From Pirellula staleyi DSM 6068 (lineage in GTDB: Bacteria > Planctomycetota > Planctomycetia > Pirellulales > Pirellulaceae): a DNA stretch of 32,000 nucleotides. The notes below the pieces were generated by a model that ran no database searches, had not been told where the DNA came from, and saw only the letters and a program-made list of their open reading frames with translations. A program made the position numbers and the translations under genes. This document shows positions 23,059 through 31,484 of the stretch, in pieces. The stretch is from assembly GCA_000025185.1 (NCBI GenBank), contig CP001848.1, forward strand, positions 1,350,001-1,382,000. The letters run 5' to 3'. Numbering within the stretch: position 1 is the stretch's first letter; each line of letters opens with the position of its first letter.

Positions 23059-25593
23059 ATGTCGCAGGAGATTATTTATACATCCGCACCACAAGGCTTA
23101 CGCCCAGGTAGTTTTGGGTTTTGTATTGTGGCGATGACAACCGGAATGCCCACGCCTTTGGCCGAGCGGCTCGAGTCGTTGTCGGGGTATCGCCATGTCT
23201 ATTCCCCTGGCGATCCGCGCGCGGTGAATAATCCTGTCGTCCATTCGCATGTGCAGCTGAAGATCGGTGCTCAAAAGTATTTTGTCCTCTCGCGACTCGC
23301 AGACGCTGGTTTCGACTATTCGCAGCGCACCAACAAGCTGGTGCATCATGTGGCTCTCGAGCCATCAGAGCTGGTTCCGGCGGGACCAGCTTGGGTTCTT
23401 TCGCAGCCCGGATATATGGTCACCTCGTTCAGCGGACAGCCCCATTTGCTTCCGGCGGGACGTCGCACACCAGCGGGCGAGATTCCGCGCACCGTTTGTC
23501 ATCGCTGGGGAGAGTTGACCGGCGATCCAGGTTGGGGTGCGGTGCTGGCTTCGAGCGCGCTCACCGGGGGAGCACTCACGCCTGGTGCGGGACGCCCGGT
23601 CCATCTGATTGTTCCCGAGGGGCTCGATCCCTTGCCGCTGATCGTCGAAGCGCAGTCGCTTCTCCCTTCCCAGCGGCGCTGGGAGGTTTCGTTCTCCACC
23701 TTCTTCACACGCTTGCCCCCCGGCGTCGAGTGCCAGTGGCGCTGTGTCCTGGCGGGAACTCCCGAGGCGACCGCGCTGGCCGGAATGCGTGGCGATTTGG
23801 TGATCGATCTCACGCGTCCTCTCGGTCCTGCTCCCGACACTCCCCTCTCCGCTGCAGCCCGCACTGGCGTGTTTCCAGCCGAGCCTGCTCCAACCACTCG
23901 GGCGATTCCGACGACACAGGCAGCTCCGGTGCAGCTGGCTCGACCGGTGCGCGAGTCGGCTGCGGAGGAACTCCGTTTGGGGCCACCTCCGGCACCCGGC
24001 GGCGCAAGAGCTCGCACCAGCAGCAGCGGCGTGATGATCATCGACGACGGCCCCCCCGAGCTTCCTGGCGAAACGACTCCACCCCCGATGACGAGCCTCC
24101 ACCGACGAAGCGCGCCGTCCGCTGGATTTGGTTGGTCGCATCTGACAGCGGTCGCCATGGTGGCTGCGTTGGTGGGTGTGGTGGTGGGCTATCTTTTCCG
24201 TTCCTCGCAAACCGATCCCGCCCCGATCGCCACCCAAACAGCCGCCCCTGCAATTCCCGCTACCGACAACCAGCCCCCTGCTCCTCCCGCTGCAGCGGCT
24301 CCCGACCCTCAGCCTCCCGCCATGCCTTCACCAGCACCACCCGCTACTCCACCAGTCTCGCCAGTAGGTGAGAAGAATACGGCCAACGCCGAGAATCCGG
24401 CGTCAAAAAGCCCTACTGGCGATACTACTCCTGCGGCAGCAAATGGCGGGACTGCTCAGCCGATGCCCGCTGCAGAGAATCCGCCCACGCCATCAGTTCC
24501 CACGCCTGTCCCTGCACCCCCGGCGGTCGTCGAACTGAAGTACGGCCCCGAACCCCTCGAGTCGATCCTGGCGCTGAAGCATGGATCAGACCCGCGTGAG
24601 ATCAAGCTGGCTAGTTTTCCAAAATCAGACGGGAGCGCAATATCCAAGATTGAGCTTCTGGGCGCACCAAAGTCACTACGCATTGAGAAATCAAAGGATA
24701 ACTCTTGGGTGGTGCAGTTTAACAACGGAACAAAAATCGGGAGTGACATACCAACGGCCGAGTTTACTCAGGTCGAAGAAGGTAGTAGTTTCGCGCTGAT
24801 GGCATCTCAGCGGACGCCTGGAGTAGCATGGAATGATCTATGTGGTAGCGTGATTCAAGTGATTCACGAAAAAGGTCAAGAACATATCCTTTATCTAGTC
24901 AAGCCACATTTAGTTGTTACTAAACAAGGGAAAATATCGCCCTGTTTTGTGGAGTATAACATGCCTTATCTAGAGCTGATGGATAGGTTTGACAAAGAAC
25001 TTTTCTTTGATGTGTCTGATATACACATTGAAACCATTCCGAGTGGCAATTGGAAATCAGCTACGAAGGGCAGATGGCAGCATACATATGTATGTCATAA
25101 TGCGACTGAGATAGACACTCAGGTAGAGGCAGAATTCAGTGGGCAGCCTCGAAAAACAACAAAGATAGCAATTCGCGTGCGATTTCATCAGAAAGATTCA
25201 ACGAAGCTACTCGATGAAAATGCAATTCAGGACATCGGCAATCGGTTATCAAACTACAGGAAAGTATTTCTAGATGAGTGGGAGAAGGCAAAGCTAGACA
25301 GAGATAATGCAGAAAAGGATTTCAATGCTGAAGCAAAGCCAGAAGAGAAAGAGAAGAAGCGACAAAAGCTTGATGTATTGAAAAATAAATTTATCGAGAT
25401 CGATAGCAGTCGCGAACGTTTCGATTCGGATTACCCCAAAATAATTACTACATCAGAGGGACGAGAGGTCATCGCTTCACTTAGTAAAAATGCCTCCGCT
25501 AAGTCAGCTCCTAGAGCTAAGGTAACGATTGGACGTGAGATCAAGACCGAGTCGCAAAGTATTAAGGTGCCTTATTTGTTACTTGTGGATTAG
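23059..25593 (+). CDS. Single-pass membrane protein with GAP1-N-like (GTPase-associated protein 1 N-terminal-like) cytoplasmic domain, Pro-rich linker and low-GC extracytoplasmic C-terminal module
   Basis: ATG at 23059 preceded by gggagagg. The N-terminus MSQEIIYTSAPQGLRPGSFGFCIVAMTTGMP...LSGY resembles the xxYTS..GL..G..GF opening of GAP1-N-type domains; this is from memory and unverified. TM at nt 24130-24198. C-terminal beta-rich domain plus Lys/Glu coiled coil. Confidence 0.75.
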   Translation: MSQEIIYTSAPQGLRPGSFGFCIVAMTTGMPTPLAERLESLSGYRHVYSPGDPRAVNNPVVHSHVQLKIGAQKYFVLSRLADAGFDYSQRTNKLVHHVALEPSELVPAGPAWVLSQPGYMVTSFSGQPHLLPAGRRTPAGEIPRTVCHRWGELTGDPGWGAVLASSALTGGALTPGAGRPVHLIVPEGLDPLPLIVEAQSLLPSQRRWEVSFSTFFTRLPPGVECQWRCVLAGTPEATALAGMRGDLVIDLTRPLGPAPDTPLSAAARTGVFPAEPAPTTRAIPTTQAAPVQLARPVRESAAEELRLGPPPAPGGARARTSSSGVMIIDDGPPELPGETTPPPMTSLHRRSAPSAGFGWSHLTAVAMVAALVGVVVGYLFRSSQTDPAPIATQTAAPAIPATDNQPPAPPAAAAPDPQPPAMPSPAPPATPPVSPVGEKNTANAENPASKSPTGDTTPAAANGGTAQPMPAAENPPTPSVPTPVPAPPAVVELKYGPEPLESILALKHGSDPREIKLASFPKSDGSAISKIELLGAPKSLRIEKSKDNSWVVQFNNGTKIGSDIPTAEFTQVEEGSSFALMASQRTPGVAWNDLCGSVIQVIHEKGQEHILYLVKPHLVVTKQGKISPCFVEYNMPYLELMDRFDKELFFDVSDIHIETIPSGNWKSATKGRWQHTYVCHNATEIDTQVEAEFSGQPRKTTKIAIRVRFHQKDSTKLLDENAIQDIGNRLSNYRKVFLDEWEKAKLDRDNAEKDFNAEAKPEEKEKKRQKLDVLKNKFIEIDSSRERFDSDYPKIITTSEGREVIASLSKNASAKSAPRAKVTIGREIKTESQSIKVPYLLLVD

Positions 25594-25664
25594 CCGTGAC
25601 GTTTGCGATGTGGTGGATGTCACAGGTCACGTAAGATTCAAGTAAATTTGTTAGTGAGTTGGTT

Positions 25665-28628
25665 ATGCTTGATTATCAGCGGATTGTGGAAGAGATTCAG
25701 GCGGCGATTCATTCGCAGGGCACGCTCGATTGGGATTTGCTGCGCGATGCGTCCGCCGAATATGCCGCTGCTTGCGACGAAGTGAACACCCGGCTCGAGC
25801 GGATCAGTAAGCTGCTGCGGCAAGGACTTCGAAGCGAGGCGATTCAGCTCGCCGATTTGGAGCCCCCGCTGCTCGATTCAGCGGCAATCCTCGATTTTCC
25901 CGAGCTTCCCGAGTGGGTTCAGCTGCTGACGATCAACGGCATGGTTCCGCCCCCTGCGATTCGGATCGAAATTGCCAGCGATCTCAATGCGGCCTATGCC
26001 CTGGAAGCGCCGCTGATGGCGCATCTGAAATCGCACCGACTTCTGGCCCTCGCTCGTGCTCCCCTCACTGTCCGCATTCAAACCTTGCGACAGATTCACC
26101 GGGCCGATGCGCATAACCCGATCTGGGCCACTGATCTCACGATCCTAGAAACTGCGCGACAAACCGAGGTCGCCCGGCAGGCTGAAGAGTGCACCACCAG
26201 TCGACACTTGCCAGCGCTCGAGCAACTTTGCCACGAGCTTGCCATGCCCGACTGGCTAGCGCAGCCACGTCGCGACTTCATCGATTCGATTGCCAGGCGC
26301 CGCGATCGTTTGGTGGTCGTACAGGCTCGCGAGAAACTGGAGGCGATCGAAGGGGAACTCGCCAACTGCTATGGCGCGTTCGATGTCGCAGCTGGTCGTG
26401 CAGCGCGCGACGCTTGGAATAGGGAAGCGGCCAAGGCGGGACTCTTGGCCGACGATCCACTGGCTCAAGCGGCAACTCCCGCACTCGCCTGGCTCGCCGA
26501 ACAAGATCGTCGCGAAGCGCGGGATCGCGAGTTCGCAATCGCTGTCGATAACCTCGAGCGGGCACTCGAAGAAGAAAAAGATCGCGCGACACTCACGCGT
26601 CTGTTTCACGCTATAGAACGGCTCGAGCAACGTCCTCCCGATCTCTTGTTGCGGCGCTATCACGAACAGATGCGGCAGTTCGAAACCGATCAGCGGCGCC
26701 GCTTTGTTCTGATCACCTCTGCCACCGTCCTCGCCTTGCTGCTTGTTGCCGGTGGGATCAGCTGGGTGGCAATCCGGGCGAGCGAACACCGCCGCATGCT
26801 CGCGACAGCAGAACAGCTACGTCAGCTGATTGATAGCTCGCAGTGGAAACAGGCGTCTGAGCTTTTGGCGCAGCTGCAAGTCAGCGACCCGCGTATCGCG
26901 CAGGCGACCGAAATTCAGTCGCAAAATGTTCGTCTGCAGGAGCTCGAAAAAGCGGAGTCCGAACGTCGTGCGGCGTTCGAGCAGTATCTGCAGCAGGCAC
27001 GCAGCTCCGATCCCGAGCGCCCCGATCGTCTGGCGCTCTCGGAGGCCAAAAAGGTGGCCATCGGAGCTGCAGAGAAAGCCGACGTTGCTCGACTCGAGTC
27101 CGAGTTTGCCAGTCTCGATCGCGCTCGGCAACAAAAGCGAGATTCCGAGTTCCAAGCTTCGCTGGAAACGATTTTGTTCGGAGTTGAGAAGGTCGAGGCG
27201 ACGCTGGCCGACGATCCGGTTGCGCCAGTCAAGGAGCTCGCGCAGCTGGTTGCTGAGATCGATGCACTTGGGAAAAGTACCGGTGGTGTCTCGACCTCTT
27301 TGATCGCGCAGCTGGCACCACTCAAGCTGCGGCTCACGTCGCTTCAGCAGCAGCGTGCGGCGCGTATGGACGAGTATCGCGCGCTCGAACAGTTGACGAC
27401 GCATATTGGTCAGCCCGAGGCCTACCAAAGTGCGCTGCAGAAGTTTGTCGAGAAGTTTCCGACATCGCCGCTGGCGATAGAGTTTGCACGAACGACAGCC
27501 GAACTGCCGTACTGGGAAGTGCAGGAGCGGTGGCGAAAACTACTTGGACAAAAGGCCTTTCGAAGCTTGCCTAACGTCCAGCCGCTCGAGGCTGCCAAGC
27601 TCCTCGAGGAGGCGAATGAAATTCAGCTGTTTGGTCAGCCATCGCCACTCGCTGAAAAGTTTGATGCGAAGCGAAAGTATCTGCAAGGAATCGCCGACCG
27701 ACTAGACGACGATGGTCAGCCGATTGTGAAACAGCTCGATGAAGTCTTTAAAGATGTGTTCATCACGGGACTTTGGTACGTCGAAGCAACGGGTGGCGAT
27801 CGCTATTACTTGTCAAAAAGTTTCGAGCAGTATCTTGCAAAACCGGGTGAAACGATTGGATTTGAACATATCGTTTCATTTGACTTGCAAACGCTGACGA
27901 AGCGACACCCAAGAAGCGGGATCGCGCGGCATGGTACGGCGCCGCAAGCAGCTTTAGCGAGCGCCGCGCGAACGCATCTGGCGATCGTCACCAACGGCGA
28001 TTGGGAGAAAGGGATGTATGGTCTGCTCCGCGCGACACTCGACGACAGCGAGACCGATCCGCTGCTGAAGTTCATCTTGGTGCAGCGCATTTTGGAGACA
28101 GCCGAGACAGGGAGTCACTCCATTGCCGAAGCGCTGGGGCCTTCCATCGCGCGGGTGAAAGGGGCCGATGTCGATGTCACGGCCAACTGGCTCTTGCCGA
28201 CCGATGCAGCGGCAGCAGCAGCGCGGCTGAAAGCGCGAGCCCTCTTGGGATCGCTTAGCGATCTATCGAGCGAGGCGCGCAAAGCGGCAGAAATTCTGCG
28301 CGCTGATACGAGTCCCATCGAGGTTCCTCCGGAGTGGATTGGCGTGCTCGTTCCGATCGGCGAAGGACGCTGGAAATGCCTCGGAAGTCCGCAAGTAGCT
28401 GTGGGGGAACTCTATGTCATCGATCCGACTGCCGAGAAGTCGGCGGGTGGAATTTGGCAGCGCGTGGGGACTTACGATCGAGCCAAAACGACCTGGCAAA
28501 ACGGAACATCGAACTCGATGGCGGCGGGGCGACCCTTGTACTTGGTGACTCGGGGGCCGGGGGCGCTCAGCTCTCCTGCTGACCAGCCGAGTGAAGTTTC
28601 CAGCCGCCGTTCCGAGCGACTGCAATGA
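25665..28628 (+). CDS. Large all-helical single-pass membrane protein (987 aa): about 345-aa cytoplasmic helical domain, TM, about 615-aa extracytoplasmic helical/coiled-coil domain
   Basis: ATG at 25665 (MLDYQRIVEEI). TM FVLITSATVLALLLVAGGISWVAI at nt 26703-26774. Heptad-rich Ala/Glu/Arg/Gln sequence on both sides. No family recognised. Confidence 0.8.
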   Translation: MLDYQRIVEEIQAAIHSQGTLDWDLLRDASAEYAAACDEVNTRLERISKLLRQGLRSEAIQLADLEPPLLDSAAILDFPELPEWVQLLTINGMVPPPAIRIEIASDLNAAYALEAPLMAHLKSHRLLALARAPLTVRIQTLRQIHRADAHNPIWATDLTILETARQTEVARQAEECTTSRHLPALEQLCHELAMPDWLAQPRRDFIDSIARRRDRLVVVQAREKLEAIEGELANCYGAFDVAAGRAARDAWNREAAKAGLLADDPLAQAATPALAWLAEQDRREARDREFAIAVDNLERALEEEKDRATLTRLFHAIERLEQRPPDLLLRRYHEQMRQFETDQRRRFVLITSATVLALLLVAGGISWVAIRASEHRRMLATAEQLRQLIDSSQWKQASELLAQLQVSDPRIAQATEIQSQNVRLQELEKAESERRAAFEQYLQQARSSDPERPDRLALSEAKKVAIGAAEKADVARLESEFASLDRARQQKRDSEFQASLETILFGVEKVEATLADDPVAPVKELAQLVAEIDALGKSTGGVSTSLIAQLAPLKLRLTSLQQQRAARMDEYRALEQLTTHIGQPEAYQSALQKFVEKFPTSPLAIEFARTTAELPYWEVQERWRKLLGQKAFRSLPNVQPLEAAKLLEEANEIQLFGQPSPLAEKFDAKRKYLQGIADRLDDDGQPIVKQLDEVFKDVFITGLWYVEATGGDRYYLSKSFEQYLAKPGETIGFEHIVSFDLQTLTKRHPRSGIARHGTAPQAALASAARTHLAIVTNGDWEKGMYGLLRATLDDSETDPLLKFILVQRILETAETGSHSIAEALGPSIARVKGADVDVTANWLLPTDAAAAAARLKARALLGSLSDLSSEARKAAEILRADTSPIEVPPEWIGVLVPIGEGRWKCLGSPQVAVGELYVIDPTAEKSAGGIWQRVGTYDRAKTTWQNGTSNSMAAGRPLYLVTRGPGALSSPADQPSEVSSRRSERLQ

Positions 28629-29667
28629 ACGTGGCGAATCGAATGTTTCAGGGGGGCCACTGTTCCCCCTCACCACTCCCCACCGAACCTCCTTCCACCC
28701 CCGACGTGCTCCATTGACCGATCAGTTTTACATTCGAATTCGTGGGCGTGTGCAAGGCCCGTTTGATAGCGAAAAGTTACGTGGACTCGCGCGGCGTGGC
28801 CAGTTCAGCAGGCTCTATGAAGTCTCGCGCGATGGCCAAACATGGCAGCCAGCGAAGGACTTTCCCGAACTCTTCGCGGCACCAGCAGCGCAGGTTGCGC
28901 AGCCAGCAGCAGCGCAAACCACTGCGGCTCCCTCCGCTGCATCGTCGAAGGGGAACTCGGCATCCAGCGGTGGAGGATACAGCTTACAATCCCCCGCGCC
29001 GCAAAACGCAACGAGCGCGGCCACTTGGTACTACGCCTATCAAGGTCGCGAGCAAGGACCGATCGATTTTAACACGCTGGCCAGCATGTTCAGCTCACGG
29101 CAGTTAGCGCCGGAAACTGAGGTCTGGAGTCAGGGGATGATCAACTGGACTCCGGCCCAAAACGTGCCCGGCCTCGTACCGCCACAAGCGCCGACCAAGA
29201 GCAGCATGGGAGTGAGTTCCTATAGCACCGAGAGTGTCCGTAGCGAAACCGAACAGGTCTCGGCCGCGACCATCCGCGCACTGACCGACTCGAGACCTTG
29301 GGTCGCGTTCATTGCGATCATCGGATTCCTCTACGCCCTTCTGACCCTCCTCAGCGGCGTGTTTCAGCTGATCGTTGGAGCAAGGTCGGGCGTATTTCCA
29401 GTCACTGCGAGTGGACTCACGACGATTGTGATGTCACTGGTGATTGCCTTCGGTGCTTGGCTGCTGGTGAGTTTCGGAAGTGCCATTTCGAACGTCGAAC
29501 GCTCGCGCCGTGAGGCGTCTCTCGTTCGGGCTTTGTCGACACTCAAATCCTTTTGGGTTTATATCGGCGTGGTCTTAATTGTCATCCTTACGTTTGTGAT
29601 TCTAGGAGTCATTCTCGTTATTTCAGTCGCAGGGACGATTGCAGGGTCCTTTCCCGAGCTTGATTGA
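28591..29667 (+). CDS. Double GYF_2-domain protein with polytopic membrane C-terminus (true start possibly TTG at 28714)
   Basis: GYF_2 no. 1 FYIRIRGRVQGPFD...GQTWQPAKDFPELF (nt 28723-28875). GYF_2 no. 2 WYYAYQGREQGPID...VWSQGMINWTPAQNVPGL (nt 29026-29175). At least 3-4 hydrophobic helices in the last 130 aa. The GTG at 28591 would overlap the upstream gene by 38 nt. Confidence 0.8.
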   Translation: MKFPAAVPSDCNERGESNVSGGPLFPLTTPHRTSFHPRRAPLTDQFYIRIRGRVQGPFDSEKLRGLARRGQFSRLYEVSRDGQTWQPAKDFPELFAAPAAQVAQPAAAQTTAAPSAASSKGNSASSGGGYSLQSPAPQNATSAATWYYAYQGREQGPIDFNTLASMFSSRQLAPETEVWSQGMINWTPAQNVPGLVPPQAPTKSSMGVSSYSTESVRSETEQVSAATIRALTDSRPWVAFIAIIGFLYALLTLLSGVFQLIVGARSGVFPVTASGLTTIVMSLVIAFGAWLLVSFGSAISNVERSRREASLVRALSTLKSFWVYIGVVLIVILTFVILGVILVISVAGTIAGSFPELD

Positions 29668-29747
29668 AAACCAACGCTGGCGCTTCAGTTGCTCATGATA
29701 ATATTTATTAATATACATTCTATCGCATCATATTAGGCAGGTGGATT
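29668..29747 (+). promoter_or_regulatory. AT-rich spacer, possible internal promoter for the MotA/ExbB-like sub-operon
   Basis: catgataatatttattaatatacattctatcgcatcatattagg is strongly AT-rich against GC-rich flanks. It is followed by aggcaggtgg and GTG at 29748. Confidence 0.3.
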
Positions 29748-30638
29748 GTGGCTTCAAGTTATGAGACGGCACTCGCCGCAAAAACGCTTGCCGATCATCC
29801 GGCGCTCTGCTGGTCCCGGATGGACCTCGAGCAGCGGGTCGGATTTCGTGGCGGCCGATTCACAAAAGTGAACAACTGGCTGGCTTTTTTGATCGCGGCG
29901 GTGGCCACCGTTCTCTTCTATACGGTGGTGATTGTTGCCCGGCAATTTCCGTTCACCCATTCGATGCGCGGTCTGCTCGACTCGTTCACCGATCGCGGTC
30001 CAACCCCTTATGCGATCGTCGCGTTTTCCTGGTGGGCGATTGCGATCCTCCTACTGAAGTGGCGGAAGCTTGCCTTTCAAAAACGATCGCTCACCTATGA
30101 CGTGGTCCCTCGCGATCACGATTTTGTCCTTTCCATTCCAACAGCCGACCGTGTAATTGAGCATATGCATTTGGTAGCCGACGATCCCCGTCACTTTGTT
30201 CTTTATAACCGTATGATGATCGCCCTCTCGAACATGAAAAACCTGGGACGAGTCGCCGATCTTGATGAGATCCTCCGTTCGCAAGGGGAGCATGATGAGT
30301 CGTCGATGGAAACAAGCTACTCGCTGGTGCGCGGGCTTCTCTGGGCGATTCCGGTGCTTGGGTTCATCGGCACGGTGCTCGGACTTTCCGAAGCCATTGG
30401 CGGGTTTAGCAATGTCTTGACCACCGCTACCGACATCTCTTTGGTGCTCGATGCACTGAAGGTTGTTACGGCGGGACTCGCGACCGCTTTTGAAACGACA
30501 CTGCAGGCTCTGGTGGCTGCACTCGGCATTCAAATGCTCCTCACCTTTATCAAAAAGGGAGAAGAGGAATTTTTGGATCAGTGCAGCGATTACTGTATGC
30601 GGCGACTTGTGAGTCGTTTGCGTTTGTCCCCGACGTAA
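29748..30638 (+). CDS. MotA/TolQ/ExbB-family proton-channel protein
   Basis: Conserved C-terminal core LWAIPVLGFIGTVLGLSEAIGGF...GLATAFETTLQALVAALGIQMLL (nt 30321-30557), typical of MotA_ExbB. Two N-terminal TM helices precede a cytoplasmic insert. Confidence 0.85.
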   Translation: MASSYETALAAKTLADHPALCWSRMDLEQRVGFRGGRFTKVNNWLAFLIAAVATVLFYTVVIVARQFPFTHSMRGLLDSFTDRGPTPYAIVAFSWWAIAILLLKWRKLAFQKRSLTYDVVPRDHDFVLSIPTADRVIEHMHLVADDPRHFVLYNRMMIALSNMKNLGRVADLDEILRSQGEHDESSMETSYSLVRGLLWAIPVLGFIGTVLGLSEAIGGFSNVLTTATDISLVLDALKVVTAGLATAFETTLQALVAALGIQMLLTFIKKGEEEFLDQCSDYCMRRLVSRLRLSPT

Positions 30639-30653
30639 CGAAAGGATCGTGCG

Positions 30654-31484
30654 ATGGGACGACGTACCGCGCAAGCACCTTTCTCCCTCTTTTCGTTTCA
30701 AGACATCATCACCTCGGTCACCGGGATTGTGGTCCTGATGCTGCTGGTGATGGCGCTGGAACTCGCGAGCCGCAAGTTGCAAGCGCCAGCCGTGCAGCAA
30801 TCGATCACGCGCGAAGATACACGCGCTGCGCTCTCGGCGGCACAGACCAAAATCCAAGAGCTGCAGCGGATGCTCGAGTCGAGCGACTGGAGCGAGCTTG
30901 CCTCACGAACCCCGACCGAGTTTGCTATCGAACAGGAAGTTTTGACGCGGCAGATTCCCCTTCTGAAGTCCGATCTCGCCGCGGCCAAGCGTCGCGTCGC
31001 TGAGCTCGAGCGACAAGAAAAAGCTGCTCACGACCAGTGGAACGCTCGGGGTAAAGACCGCCAGCAGCTAGAACGAATGGAGGCCGAAATCGGGGCCCTC
31101 GAGGCGAAGCTGAAGAAAGTGCAAAAGTCGGGTACGCTGGTCTATCGCGCGGGGCCACGCGAGTCGCGACAGCCGTGGATCATCGAGTGTACGGCCGCTT
31201 CGATTAGCGCCGCTCCTTTGGGGCCGATATCGAAGCCACTGCAGTTTGTTGGGAGCGATTCTCTTTCGCGCATTCGTCAGGTCGAGGCCTGGGCCAAAGG
31301 CTTGTCGCGCAGCGAGGTCTATCTCGTTTTGATGGTGAAACCGGGCGGGGCTGAGACCGCAACCATCCTCGAGGAGAAGCTGCGCGATTTGGGACTCGGT
31401 GTCGGACTCGATCTTATCGGCAGCGATCAGGCGGCGATCGACCCCGAAGAAGGGGCACCAGTCGTCGAGGAGCCGGCTCGATGA
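30654..31484 (+). CDS. ExbD/TolR/MotB-like N-terminal anchor (Asp17 at TM edge) fused to a coiled coil and C-terminal globular domain
   Basis: FSFQDIITSVTGIVVLMLLV has an Asp at the cytoplasmic edge of a single TM (nt 30702-30704), the same arrangement as ExbD D25, TolR D23 and MotB D32. Followed by a heptad-rich segment. Starts 15 nt after the MotA-like gene. Confidence 0.7.
   Translation: MGRRTAQAPFSLFSFQDIITSVTGIVVLMLLVMALELASRKLQAPAVQQSITREDTRAALSAAQTKIQELQRMLESSDWSELASRTPTEFAIEQEVLTRQIPLLKSDLAAAKRRVAELERQEKAAHDQWNARGKDRQQLERMEAEIGALEAKLKKVQKSGTLVYRAGPRESRQPWIIECTAASISAAPLGPISKPLQFVGSDSLSRIRQVEAWAKGLSRSEVYLVLMVKPGGAETATILEEKLRDLGLGVGLDLIGSDQAAIDPEEGAPVVEEPAR

Noticed and set aside
28591-28628. 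The 38-nt overlap between the 987-aa gene and the GYF gene as a programmed frameshift or fusion.
   Set aside because: No slippery heptamer was seen. An in-frame TTG at 28714, just before the first GYF domain, gives a simpler non-overlapping model, and the N-terminal 41 residues from GTG 28591 look non-native (Pro/Ser/Thr-rich).
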